Positions 1 to 9,773 of a stretch of 20,000 nt of DNA are shown piece after piece (within the stretch, counting starts at the first letter, position 1; each line of letters begins with the position of its first letter). The notes below the pieces were generated by a model. The model did not search any database. It was not told where the DNA came from and saw nothing but the letters and a program-made list of their open reading frames with translations. A program made the position numbers and the translations under genes. The stretch is from the NCBI GenBank assembly GCA_001724265.1, contig MEDY01000079.1:113245-133244 (forward strand), written 5' to 3'. Source of the DNA: Rhizaria sp. SCN 62-66. Taxonomy: Eukaryota.

Positions 1-2033
1 TGTGCGCGGAAGAAAGGCGTGAGCACGGCGGCTTGGTACCAGCGCTCGAGCAGCTCGGCGGTCGGGTTCCCAAAAAAGCCGCCCACGTCGGCGCCGGCGA
101 AAGAGATGCCGCCGACCGAGAGCGAGAGCAGCATCGCCGTCGTGTCGTGCAGGAATTCCCACGTGGCGAAGTTGTCGCCGGTCCAGATCGCGCCGACGCG
201 CTGCGTGCCCGCGAAGAGTGCGCGAGAGAGCACGAACGTGCGGTGCGTGGGGATCGCGGCTCCGGGCACGGGCGAGACCGACACCGCGCCCGCGGGCGCC
301 CAGTCGGGCAGCACCGTGGTGGGCGGCGTCACAACGGCGGCCTGGCGCGCGGCGAGCCCGTCCTTGTTGGCCATGTGGTAGTAGAGCCCGTAGACGTTAT
401 GCACGTCGCGGTGCTCGGCCGCGCCACCGAAGTGCAGCACGTCCTTGGGCATCGTCACCTCGGGCCCGCTGAACACGGAGGGCTCGTTCATGTCGTTCCA
501 CACGTGCAGCGTGGCGCTGCTGCCCGGGTAGCGGTCCAGCGCGTAGTTCGCCGCCCACTCGCTGCGGACCTCGGCGCGCGCGAAGTCGGGGTACACGGAC
601 CGGCCGGCCCAGCAGTCGCCCTCGTAGACGTCGCCGCCGGCCACGCGCGTGAGCAGGTCCTTGTCGCGCAGCTGGCGGTACACGCCGTAGTTGTCGTCCT
701 TCTTGACGTGCGGGTCAATGATGGTGACGAGGTGGCGGCCGTGCTGCGCCAGCTCGGCCTGCATCGCCACCGGGTCCGGGAACAGCTTGTCGTCCCACGT
801 GAAGTACCGCTTGCCGTCCGTGTGCTCGATGTCGAGCCAGAGAATGTCGTACGGGATGTCGTGCGCCTCGAAGCCGGCGTTGACAGCCAGCACGTCCTCG
901 TGCGACTTGTAGTTCCAGCGGCATTGGTGGTACGCCATCGCGAACCGCGGCGGCAGCGCGGGCAGACCGGTAAGCTTGTGATACTGCGCGGCGAGCGCGG
1001 CGGGCGAGGCCGTGGCGAAGAGGAACAAGTCCATCACACCCGTCTCGGCCACCCAGTGCGTCGCCTCACCAGAGCTCTTAGCTGCGGGCGCCATGACGTC
1101 GACCCACATCTCTGACGGGTTCATGAAAAACGCGCCCGCGGTGAGCGGCCGGCGCGTCGCGCCCTCGCCAACGAGCCCGTGCGCGACGGCCAGCGGCACG
1201 GCGCCGTAGAGCGCCATCGGCGAGTCGAGCTTGTGCTCGAACACATCGAGGTTGAAGAGGCGGTACGGCTCGGTGTACTTGGCGCCGTCGCCGCGCGTGC
1301 GCTTGAGCGCGAGCGACGTCGCGTGCTCGGGCAGACCGTAGAGCGCGTCCGCAGCCGGAAACGTCACGTCGAGCGACACGGCCGTGGGGCCCGAGCGCTT
1401 CTTGTCGGTGTGGCCGTCGAAGCGCTCGCTCCACATCTCTTCGGCGTCGCTGGGTAGGCGCTCGCGACGCTGCTCGAAGCCCAGGAGCTGCTCGCCGTTA
1501 ACCACGGCCGCAACGACGCCGCCCGACGTAAGCTCCACGCGGAACGGCGCAAAGTGCACTGTGGCGCAGAGCTGTTGCTGTGCGTCGCAGAGCGTGGCGC
1601 TGGCGGCGTCGGTCTTGGTCGTGACGCCCTCGGCCAGGTCTAGCGCGGTCGGGATCAGCACGTCGCCCAGCGGGACCTCCCAGCGCTTGCCCTTGGCGGC
1701 CACCACGGCATCGCCCTCCTCAGCGCGCAGGCGCACGACGCCCGCGGCAAGGAACGTCAGCGAGGCCTTGAGCGGCGCTACAAACGTCTCGGGCGACTCG
1801 CCCTCGTTGACGAGCTCGAACGTCACGCCCGAAGCAGTCTGCATCACAGCGCTACCCTTAACGGTGTAGTTACTCGGCGCGCGCTCGCGGTTGCGCTTGC
1901 AGTAGGCCGTCTGCTGGCACGTGCGGAACTTCTTCTCGTCGACTGCGGCGGAGAAACCGAGCAGCATGCTGCAGACGAGAACGAAGAGCGCCAGCCGGCG
2001 GGCGCCCATCATCGGTGCGATCTTCAGGGGCAT
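1..2033 (-). CDS. GANAB: ER glucosidase II alpha subunit (GH31 neutral alpha-glucosidase AB), 3'-partial, continues beyond position 1
   Basis: Manual minus-strand translation from ATG 2033 (alternative in-frame ATGs at 2012 and 2009): MPLKIAPMMGARRLALFVLVCSMLLGFSAA (signal peptide-like), then VDEKKFRTCQQTAYCKRNR, matching the typical glucosidase II alpha N-terminus. Also the GH31 nucleophile motif HVWNDMNEPSVFSGPEVTMPKD (~441-506), the acid/base motif GAIWTGDN (~171-194) and GADVGGFFGNP...RWYQ...PFFRAH at the window edge. Absent from the ORF track because the frame has no stop inside the window. Confidence 0.95.
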   Translation of the reverse strand, partial: MPLKIAPMMGARRLALFVLVCSMLLGFSAAVDEKKFRTCQQTAYCKRNRERAPSNYTVKGSAVMQTASGVTFELVNEGESPETFVAPLKASLTFLAAGVVRLRAEEGDAVVAAKGKRWEVPLGDVLIPTALDLAEGVTTKTDAASATLCDAQQQLCATVHFAPFRVELTSGGVVAAVVNGEQLLGFEQRRERLPSDAEEMWSERFDGHTDKKRSGPTAVSLDVTFPAADALYGLPEHATSLALKRTRGDGAKYTEPYRLFNLDVFEHKLDSPMALYGAVPLAVAHGLVGEGATRRPLTAGAFFMNPSEMWVDVMAPAAKSSGEATHWVAETGVMDLFLFATASPAALAAQYHKLTGLPALPPRFAMAYHQCRWNYKSHEDVLAVNAGFEAHDIPYDILWLDIEHTDGKRYFTWDDKLFPDPVAMQAELAQHGRHLVTIIDPHVKKDDNYGVYRQLRDKDLLTRVAGGDVYEGDCWAGRSVYPDFARAEVRSEWAANYALDRYPGSSATLHVWNDMNEPSVFSGPEVTMPKDVLHFGGAAEHRDVHNVYGLYYHMANKDGLAARQAAVVTPPTTVLPDWAPAGAVSVSPVPGAAIPTHRTFVLSRALFAGTQRVGAIWTGDNFATWEFLHDTTAMLLSLSVGGISFAGADVGGFFGNPTAELLERWYQAAVLTPFFRA

Positions 2034-2897
2034 TAGAACCCTGGCTCGCGTCTATGCAAAAGAAAGAAAGGGAGCGGGGACATGTAGAATAGAGGTTAAA
2101 AGAGTAAAAGAGTCACATTTCGGAGCAACTCAAGTGGAAGAAGAAGGTGGCCGCGTCACCTGGATCTACTCCACCGCTTTAGCATGCATGAAATAAGGGC
2201 AACTCAGATAGATATGCAACATTTCTAAAATATGTCGTATGATATGACGACCACTCTGTCTCAAAATACCATTTCTTCACGTATATCTCGATGAGCTTAA
2301 TTGGAAATCAAAGACTTTAACATGCCCTCGATTCGTCAAAGTCGACTCGAAGGGCCGGCCGAGTGCGCACGGTCACTTTGTGACTCAGCGACTCCCAAAA
2401 ACACATCTACAGCGGTCTAAACGACACACATAGAAGTTATGATTTGATATTATATCTGTCCAGCACTATTTTTGTTTGTTTATAGGTTTTAACACGATCT
2501 TGACAATCACGGAACGCCCCGTCGTCGGCCACCTAAGCGCTGAAGAGCTCGTCGAGATGTCGTCAATCGTATCTCGTTCAAATTCCGGTGGGATACTGGC
2601 CGCGTCGAGAGCTTTCTGAGTCACATCGCTGCTTTCTAATACTAAGGCTTTGCTGTGGCGCTGCTCAACTCTTCTCTCGGCTTTGCTCAGTCGCCCTCTC
2701 GAGATCTTCGTTACCTTTCGCTCGTTGCGCCATGGCAAGTCCACTAGCGGCCGAATCTATCACCCTTGTCTCATTTGTCTCGACTCCCACAACGTTGTTT
2801 CCCTTCTTGCCACGCAGGGCAGTTTTCTTTTTTATTTAACCTCTCGACGCGTGGATTGGTTTGGCCCGACTACTTAGTGGTTTCCGTCGCAGCCAAC
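2034..2897. promoter_or_regulatory. Divergent intergenic region and probable bidirectional promoter shared by GANAB and the ABCA gene
   Basis: 864-nt AT-richer spacer between two head-to-head start codons. Promoter function is inferred from position only. Confidence 0.5.
2052..2159 (-). other. Candidate 5'-UTR intron (or trans-splice acceptor region) of the glucosidase gene
   Basis: Minus strand: CAG|GTGACG donor-like site at 2159, TTTAAC branch-like motif, long polypyrimidine tract (ccctttctttcttttgcatag) and AG at 2053-2052, 18 nt upstream of the ATG. The 108-nt length fits the other introns here. Confidence 0.5.
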
Positions 2898-5800
2898 ATG
2901 TGGTCCGCCCTCCGTAGCCTCCTGTGGAGCCGGCTCGTGCTGCGCAAGAGGAACTGGGTCACCAGCGTCCTCGAACTCGTCGTCCCTATGCTAGCCTTCG
3001 TCGTCATCTTGTACCCGTTCGCCGTTGACGTGTCGTCCCCGCTGGAGCGCGCGATCATCCCCACGGAGCCCATCGACCGCCTAGTGTACCAACAGCGCAG
3101 CGTCCTGTCGGTGTTTGTGGAGCCCGAGGCGTTCGCCAAGCCGCTCGCCACGTACCTCAAGGCCTTCAACATCACGCTGCTCGACGCGCCCAGCCGGAGC
3201 GGCTACCTTATCACGCTCGACGTCACTGGCAACAGCGGCTGGACCGCCATCAAGCACCCCGATGCCGACGTCCTCGGCCCGACGAGCACCAACGCCCGCG
3301 CCAGCGCACACGCCGATCCCATCCGCGCCGCCTTCGCCGCGCGCGCCGTGCGGGCCTCGCGCCACCGCGCATTGGCACTGCGCAAGTCGACGGCGACTGC
3401 GACCGCTGCGACCGCTGCGACCGGTGCAGCCGGTCGCAGCAATGCGGTTCGTCGCGGCAGCACCGTGCCTCGCGGTGACCTGGCGCCGCGCGACGACGAC
3501 GCCGAGGACGACAGCGGCAGCAGCGACAGCGGCGGCAGTGACGGCGACAGCGACAGCGAGAGCGACAGCGGCAGCGGCAGTGGTGACGAGAGCGACAGCG
3601 GCAGCGGGGGCGGCAGCGGCGGCGACGACGACGACGACGGCGATGCGGCCGAGAAGGAGGTCGAAGAGTTCCCGTGGCGCCCCACGTACGCGTACTCGGT
3701 GCGTCCGCAGGCGCGCTCGCCGCTGCTCTTCTCGTGGTGGAACGAGCCCTCGTCGCTCTTCTCCATCTTCCCGCGCACGTACATGGACGCCGACGCGTGC
3801 TCAGCGTTCCTGGACTGCGGCAAGGACGCGCGCGGGCCCGGCGTCGAGACGCCCGACGCGGCCGCGCGCGGACTCGTCATGTTGCAGCACCTCGTCAACT
3901 CGTTTGTGCTCGAGCTCCAGGGCGCGACCGCGCGCGGGCCGTCGTCCACCGCGGCGCCGGCGGTAAAGCTGAGCAAAGACCAGAAGCTTTCGTTCGTGCC
4001 CATGGCGCGCGCCGCGGGCACCGTGCTGCCGTCGACGGCGGGCGAGACTTCTCTGCTAGCCGCCGTCGCCGTCTTTGTCGCCGTGCTCTGTCTGGCGTCG
4101 ATGCGGCTCAGCGCGGACCTGTTCAAGTTCCGCCACTCGCGCGGCTTCGACGCGCTGCGCCTCATGGGCACTGGCCCCGGCCTCGTGTGGTTCGCGACGG
4201 CGGCCGTCGCGCTCGTCGTAGTTCTGGGCTCGTCGTTGCTGCTTGCGCTCGCCGCCACGGCGCGCGTGTTCCCGCGCACGTCGCTGCTGCACGCCTGGGT
4301 CATGTTTCTCGCCATGTGCAGCGCAATCACTGCCTACCTCGCCTGCGGGTCGGTCCTCGCGCAGCGCTCCAGTCTGCGCCTGCTCGTCGGCGTGCTGGTC
4401 AACGCCGTGCTCGTCGCCGCCGTGGGCATCTACAACGCGACCACGCCGACCGCGCGGCTGTTCGAGAACGTGCCTGACACCGTCACGGCCATGCTGGCCG
4501 TGCTGTGGCCGTCCATGGCCGCCGTGCAGATGCTGTCCGCGCTCGTCCGCCTCGAGGGCTCCGGCGTGGGGCTTATCCTCGAGGCGATCAACACCAACAC
4601 GCTCGGCGTGTCTTACCTCGTCTACGTGCCCTGCTCTTTCTTCGCCGCGTGGATGTACATCGTGCTGGGCGTGTACTGCGACAACGTCTACACGCTCGAC
4701 CGCAGCATCGCACTGTCGTGGTTCTTCTGCCTCTCGCCCTCGTACTGGTGCGGCACGCGCAACAACCGCGCGTCGGGCGTCATCACCAGTCTCTTCGTGG
4801 ACCGCAACTCGCACGCCATGGTCGGATATCTCGAGGCCGGTGATGACGACGGCGCCCGCTCCCGCGGCGGCGCCCCGCTCAGCGCCATCGACGACGTCAA
4901 CCTTGCCACCGGGCCCGGCGCTCCGCAACAGAGCGCAGGCGGTACAGGTGCAGACGCAGGCGCAGCGGCGGCGGCGGCGCAGGCGGCGAGCCGGGTGGAG
5001 CCCGCGCCGCCCGCGCCCGCGGTGCCCGGCTCCAGCGGCGGGCGCCCGTCGACGACGGCGGCGACGGCATTCGTGCAGGTCTCCCAGCTGACGTACGTGC
5101 CGCCGACGCGCCAGTCTGCGGCGCCCGTGCTGGCGCTGTCCGAAGTGAGCGCCGACTTCTACCACGGGCAGATCACGGCCGTGGTCGGCGACAGCGGCGC
5201 GGGCAAGACGACGCTGCTCAACGCCGTGGCCGCGCGCATTATGCCGACGAGCGGCAGCGTGCGAGTGATGGGCACGTCGACGCAGGCCGACGCCGAGAGC
5301 GTGCGTGCGACCGTGGGCATCTGCCCGCCCTGGAGCGCGCTCGACCCCGAGCTCACCGTCGAGCAGACGCTCGTGCTCTTCGGCGGCATCAAGGGCATCT
5401 CGCGCTGGGAGCTGGGCGGCGCGATCGAGTTCATCCTGCAGCTGTACGCGCCCGCGGCCGGCGGCGCGCCCGCGGACACGGCGCTGCTGCGCGCGACGCC
5501 CGTGCGCGCTCTGCGCCACTCGCAGCGCCAGCGCCTCGCAGTCGCCATCGCCCTGCTGGGCCCCGCGCAGGTGATCCTGCTGGACGAGCCCGCTGAGGGA
5601 CTCACGGCGCGCGACCGCGCCGGCATGTGGCAGCTGCTGCGCCGCGTCAAGGAGGACAAGACGGTGCTGGTGGCCACGCGCCATGTGTCGCAGGCGCTCG
5701 AGATCGCGGACCGCGTGCTGGTGCTCTCGCACGGCCAGCTCAGCGTGTGCGGCTCCCCGCGCTGGCTCGCCGCCAAGCTACACACCGGATACACCATCTC

Positions 5801-8800
5801 GCTCCGCTACGCCGCCCATAACGCCGCTGCTGCGATTGCTGCTGCTGTCAATGACACTGCCGAGACTGAGAGCAAGGCCGCCACCGCTATTGTTGCGGCG
5901 AGCTCGGCGGCGTCTGCGCAGGCGGACATGGCCGCGCTCGTGGCGCAGCTGCGCGAGAAGTTTCCTGACGTCATCGTCGAGCACGCGCCCGCACCTGCCA
6001 CTGCTTCCGCCGTTTCTGCCGCTGCTGACGCCGCCGCTGCACCCCCGGGCACTGCCGCCCAAGAGGAGTCTGCCTCGGCCTCGGCCCCAGCCTCGGCGAC
6101 GGGGTCGGCGACTGCGCTGGCGCGGCTGTACCTGCCGAGCGCGGCGGCGGGCGACCTTAACAGCCTGCTGGGCGCCGTTGAGGCCGCGGAGCCGCCCGTG
6201 GAGCTGGCGCTGGCGCACCGGTCGCTGCTGCAAGCGGTCCGCGAGACGGCTGCGCTCGTGCCCGTGGTCACCGACAAGCAGGTCCGCGAGGCGCGCCGCA
6301 AGATCCGCATCCGCTCGCTGCTGCTGCGCCGCTCGGAGCACAGCCGCAGCCGCAGCCGCAGCGAGGCGGCCGCGCGCAAGAAGCCCGGCAAGCCCGCGCG
6401 CGGCGCCCACGGCGTGCGCGGCGATGACAACGCCGACGGCGATGACGATGACGAGGCTGGTAGCGACGGCGCCGACCTCGACCTCGACTACGACTCGGTT
6501 GGTAACGGCGACGACTACGATGATGATGATGATGATGACGAGGTCGTGTTCCGCAGCGGCACCATCCTGCCAGACTCCGACGCCGTCTCCTCGTCATCTG
6601 CCTCCGCCGCTGCTGCCGGTGGTGCCGCTGTCCCCGCGCTGCCGGCGCTGCCCGCGCTGCCGGCGCTGCCCGCGCTGCCGGCGCTGCCCGCGCCGTCGAC
6701 GCTGTCGTGGCGCATCCCCGGCGCGCGCGCCGCGCCGCAGGCGTACGGGCACTTCGTCGAGGACGCGGGCGAGGCCAAGGTAGCCACGGCGTGCGCGTCG
6801 CCGCCCGCGCACGTGCGCGTGCTGCTGAGCAAACGCGTCAAGACGGGCTGGCGCCTGGCCCCGCCGGAGCACTTGCTGCTGCTGCTCGTAGGGATCGCCG
6901 TGTGCGTGGCCGCCGTGATCATGGGCACGGTGCGTTACCGCAACTTCACCACGCCCGGGCTGCCGCCGATGCCCAACTCGCTGGCCGAGTCTGTGGGGTC
7001 TGACCTGGTGACAGGCCGCTCGCCCGTGCTCGCCATGGGGCCCGCCAACTACCCCGTGTACACGGCCGTGGACTTCGTCGACTACGCCAACTCGACGGCC
7101 ACGCGCCCGCTCGTGCGCGGCTTCGCGCTGGGCGAGGAGATGGCCGACGCCGAGGCCGTCGCCGAGCCCGACGCGCTGGGCATGCAGCCTACGCGCGTGC
7201 TCTTCCCTGGCCCGCCCAGCGTGGATGGCATGCAGGACTACCTGCTCGTCAGCGGCGAGGACCGCCCGTTTGCGCACCAGCGCCTCTTCAGCTACGTCGT
7301 CAACAGCGCCGCGGCGTTCCCGGCGCACGAGCAGGAAGACGTCATCCAGACGCAGTTCGACGTCACAGTCTTTTTCAACACTTCGTCGGTGCTGTCGGTG
7401 CCCGCTGCGATCGAGTACTTCGACAACATGCTGCTCAAGGCGTCGCACGCGGCGCGGCTCGACTCGCGCGTGACGCTGCTGGGCGACGACGCCGCGGGCG
7501 CCGACTCGGTGCGCGACGTCGACACGCTGCTGCTGCTGCTTAAGGCGACCAAGGAGGGCGACACGGTGGCGATGAACCGCGCCGAGCTTGCGACCGTCGT
7601 GGACGCGACGGCGCCCGTGCTCATCGGGCTCGCCAACATCCGCTGGTCCGGCATGAACGTGCTGGGCAAGACGTGGCACCGCGAGCTGGCCTTCGTCCTG
7701 GGGCTGGGGCTCGTGCTGGGCGTGCTGACCAGCTTCACTGCAAACTGGCTCATCCGCGAACGCGTGTCGGGGCTCAAGGCACGCCAGTACCTCGGCTTCG
7801 GCGTCACGCCGCTGGCCTACTGGGCGCCAGTAGTCATGGTCGACGCCGCGTTCCTGGCCCTTGTCGTCGTGGTGAACCTCTTCCTGCAGACGCTGAGCTA
7901 CTGGACCGAGAACGCGGTCGGCGTGCTGGCCGTCGTGGGCGTCATCACCGGCACCTACCTGCGCAGCTTCATCTCGGCCGCGCCCATGGGCGGGCTGGGG
8001 TTCATCTTCCACGTTGCCGCCACCACGTGCTGGATGGCCATGTCCTTCTTCCTCGTTGACGTGGCCTGGATCGTGCTCGCCGCCGTCGTCGCCGCCGTCT
8101 TTGCCGTCGCCGCCGTCGTCTGCGAGCTCATCTCACCCTTCGACACCGTCTCCGCCAAGAACTGGTGCCCCTACTTCTGCGCCTCGTTCGAAGACACCAC
8201 GCGCAAGGCTTCCGGTCGCGTCGCCCGCGTCATCGCCGGCGGCGAGGCTTCCCCTGCTCCCCTCGGCGCTCCCGGCGCTGGCTCTGGCGCTGTTGGCGCT
8301 GTGGAGATGACCGCGCTTGGCGAGTCCGCCGCCACCGCTGAGGTGTGGGTGGACCCGGCTGTGGCGGCCGAGCAGTCGCGTATCGAGCGCTCGCAGTGCG
8401 CGGACCCCGTGCGGTTCCCGCTCGTCGTGCGCGACGTACGCATGCGCTCGCGCCGCGGGCAGCCCGCCGCGCTGAACCACGTCTCGGTTGCCGTGCCGTC
8501 GGGCGAGATCCTCGTCGTCGTCGGCTCCGAGGGCTCGGGCAAGACCGCGCTCACCGAGGTGCTCAGCGGCCACACGTCGCCCAGTGGCGGTGAGGTCTAC
8601 GTGCGCGGACACGCGCTTAACACGGAGCTGCGCGCGCAAAACTCGTGCGTGTCGACCTACGGCAACAAAGACGTCGTCGTGCGCCACGTCGGCTCGCTGC
8701 TGCACAGGTCCACCGCGCGCCTAGGCGCGGCCGCCAACGCGTCCTTTGCGGCACGCTCCCCCGCGGCGGCGGCGCACCGCGACGGGCTGTTCGACGTGCT

Positions 8801-9572
8801 CACCGGCCGCGAACACGTCGTCATGATCGCGCGGCTGCGCGGCGCGCCCGCCAACGCCGAGACGTTCCTCTTCGCCGAGGAAGTGCTCGCGCACATGGGG
8901 CTGCTGGGCGTGGCTGACAGCAAGCTGGTCGACTGGTCGCCCGCGTCGCGGCGCCGCCTTGCGCTTGCGCTCGCGCTGGTAGGCGACCCCGACGTGCTGG
9001 TGCTGGACCAGCCCACGCGCGACATGGACGCAGACACCCGCCGCTTCATCTGGCAGCAGGTGTTGCTTAACCACGGCAGCGGGAGCGGCGGCGCCGAGGA
9101 GCGCTCGACGGTGCTGACCACGGACTCGGTCGAGGAGGCCGCGCTCGTCGGTGACCGGATTGCGCTCATGCACGGCGGCAAGATCCGCGCGCTGGGCACG
9201 CCCGCGCGGCTGGCCAAGCTCGCCGCCGCGCTGCTGTGCCTCACGCTGCGGGTCAAACCGGGCACGAGCGCGCAGGCCGTGCGCTGGGTCAAGACCGCGT
9301 TCCCGGGCGCGAGCGTGATTGAGGACGGATCGGACGCGAGTCTCTCGCCGCGGCTCGTCTTTACGATCCCCAAGCGCGCCGACGGGCTGTACACGCCCGT
9401 GCTGGACGCGCTCGAGGCCAAGCTCGCCAAGCCAGGCGCCGGGACCGACGCGTTCATCGTCATCTTCACGCTCTGCGACGCCACGCTCGAGACGCTACTT
9501 ATGCGCGTTAACACAAGCACCGATGAGGACAACGCCGCGGCCGCCGCAGATGACTTTGACGACGACGCGTGA
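2898..9572 (+). CDS. ABCA-subfamily full ABC transporter (TMD-NBD-TMD-NBD), ~2224 aa, degenerate ATPase motifs, no obvious introns
   Basis: First ATG at 2898 gives MWSALRSLLWSRLVLRKRNW...ELVVP, resembling the ABCA N-terminal LLWKN..RKR motif plus TM1. Large extracytoplasmic loops follow TM1 of each half. Other ABCA hallmarks: WFFCLSPSYW, IRERVSGLK..QYL.GVTPLAYW, DPAVAAEQSRI, LTGREHV. Walker A motifs GDSGAGKTT (5187-5213) and GSEGSGKTA (8523-8549); Walker B motifs ILLDEP and VLVLDQP. Ends in TGA. Confidence 0.92.
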   Translation: MWSALRSLLWSRLVLRKRNWVTSVLELVVPMLAFVVILYPFAVDVSSPLERAIIPTEPIDRLVYQQRSVLSVFVEPEAFAKPLATYLKAFNITLLDAPSRSGYLITLDVTGNSGWTAIKHPDADVLGPTSTNARASAHADPIRAAFAARAVRASRHRALALRKSTATATAATAATGAAGRSNAVRRGSTVPRGDLAPRDDDAEDDSGSSDSGGSDGDSDSESDSGSGSGDESDSGSGGGSGGDDDDDGDAAEKEVEEFPWRPTYAYSVRPQARSPLLFSWWNEPSSLFSIFPRTYMDADACSAFLDCGKDARGPGVETPDAAARGLVMLQHLVNSFVLELQGATARGPSSTAAPAVKLSKDQKLSFVPMARAAGTVLPSTAGETSLLAAVAVFVAVLCLASMRLSADLFKFRHSRGFDALRLMGTGPGLVWFATAAVALVVVLGSSLLLALAATARVFPRTSLLHAWVMFLAMCSAITAYLACGSVLAQRSSLRLLVGVLVNAVLVAAVGIYNATTPTARLFENVPDTVTAMLAVLWPSMAAVQMLSALVRLEGSGVGLILEAINTNTLGVSYLVYVPCSFFAAWMYIVLGVYCDNVYTLDRSIALSWFFCLSPSYWCGTRNNRASGVITSLFVDRNSHAMVGYLEAGDDDGARSRGGAPLSAIDDVNLATGPGAPQQSAGGTGADAGAAAAAAQAASRVEPAPPAPAVPGSSGGRPSTTAATAFVQVSQLTYVPPTRQSAAPVLALSEVSADFYHGQITAVVGDSGAGKTTLLNAVAARIMPTSGSVRVMGTSTQADAESVRATVGICPPWSALDPELTVEQTLVLFGGIKGISRWELGGAIEFILQLYAPAAGGAPADTALLRATPVRALRHSQRQRLAVAIALLGPAQVILLDEPAEGLTARDRAGMWQLLRRVKEDKTVLVATRHVSQALEIADRVLVLSHGQLSVCGSPRWLAAKLHTGYTISLRYAAHNAAAAIAAAVNDTAETESKAATAIVAASSAASAQADMAALVAQLREKFPDVIVEHAPAPATASAVSAAADAAAAPPGTAAQEESASASAPASATGSATALARLYLPSAAAGDLNSLLGAVEAAEPPVELALAHRSLLQAVRETAALVPVVTDKQVREARRKIRIRSLLLRRSEHSRSRSRSEAAARKKPGKPARGAHGVRGDDNADGDDDDEAGSDGADLDLDYDSVGNGDDYDDDDDDDEVVFRSGTILPDSDAVSSSSASAAAAGGAAVPALPALPALPALPALPALPAPSTLSWRIPGARAAPQAYGHFVEDAGEAKVATACASPPAHVRVLLSKRVKTGWRLAPPEHLLLLLVGIAVCVAAVIMGTVRYRNFTTPGLPPMPNSLAESVGSDLVTGRSPVLAMGPANYPVYTAVDFVDYANSTATRPLVRGFALGEEMADAEAVAEPDALGMQPTRVLFPGPPSVDGMQDYLLVSGEDRPFAHQRLFSYVVNSAAAFPAHEQEDVIQTQFDVTVFFNTSSVLSVPAAIEYFDNMLLKASHAARLDSRVTLLGDDAAGADSVRDVDTLLLLLKATKEGDTVAMNRAELATVVDATAPVLIGLANIRWSGMNVLGKTWHRELAFVLGLGLVLGVLTSFTANWLIRERVSGLKARQYLGFGVTPLAYWAPVVMVDAAFLALVVVVNLFLQTLSYWTENAVGVLAVVGVITGTYLRSFISAAPMGGLGFIFHVAATTCWMAMSFFLVDVAWIVLAAVVAAVFAVAAVVCELISPFDTVSAKNWCPYFCASFEDTTRKASGRVARVIAGGEASPAPLGAPGAGSGAVGAVEMTALGESAATAEVWVDPAVAAEQSRIERSQCADPVRFPLVVRDVRMRSRRGQPAALNHVSVAVPSGEILVVVGSEGSGKTALTEVLSGHTSPSGGEVYVRGHALNTELRAQNSCVSTYGNKDVVVRHVGSLLHRSTARLGAAANASFAARSPAAAAHRDGLFDVLTGREHVVMIARLRGAPANAETFLFAEEVLAHMGLLGVADSKLVDWSPASRRRLALALALVGDPDVLVLDQPTRDMDADTRRFIWQQVLLNHGSGSGGAEERSTVLTTDSVEEAALVGDRIALMHGGKIRALGTPARLAKLAAALLCLTLRVKPGTSAQAVRWVKTAFPGASVIEDGSDASLSPRLVFTIPKRADGLYTPVLDALEAKLAKPGAGTDAFIVIFTLCDATLETLLMRVNTSTDEDNAAAAADDFDDDA
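6633..6686 (+). repeat. Coding tandem repeat: 3 perfect copies of CCCGCGCTGCCGGCGCTG encoding (PAL)6 in the ABCA inter-half linker
   Basis: Read directly: units at 6633-6650, 6651-6668 and 6669-6686. Confidence 0.95.
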
Positions 9573-9746
9573 ACGAACGAACGGGTTAAATGTTATTGAT
9601 GTGTGTCGTCGACTAGTAAACAGCTGTCTTTGTTCTGTGTAATAGCCCTTATCAGATGCTTATGTTGTGTTCGTGTGATGAACTGTCCGTCACAGCTGTT
9701 GTCATTGATGTTATTGTTTTAAAAAAGCACAGATCCACGAGCCTCA

Positions 9747-9773
9747 ACAAGGCTGTGTCTGACACAGCCTTGT
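9747..9773. repeat. Perfect inverted repeat with 13-bp arms and a 1-nt spacer
   Basis: ACAAGGCTGTGTC-T-GACACAGCCTTGT, ~175 nt downstream of the ABCA stop. Confidence 0.95.

Noticed and set aside
19-1869. Plus-strand ORFs of 120-360 aa (e.g. 33..1115)
   Set aside because: Antisense or alternate-frame shadows of the GC-rich glucosidase gene, with no recognisable motifs.
2372-2623. GTCAC-TTT-GTGAC inverted repeat and two AP-1/Gcn4-like TGA[CG]TCA sites (2381-2387, 2617-2623)
   Set aside because: Present in the sequence but too short to support a regulatory call without enrichment or conservation data.
2766-2897. 44-aa N-terminal extension of the ABCA ORF from a TTG start
   Set aside because: Eukaryotic gene. 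The segment is T-rich and UTR- or intron-like, and ABCA homology begins at the ATG at 2898.
3203-9532. Long antisense ORFs (375, 558, 472, 291 aa) inside the ABCA gene as overlapping genes
   Set aside because: Expected from extreme GC3 bias, which depletes stop codons on the opposite strand. The translations are low-complexity Arg/Ala/Ser-rich.
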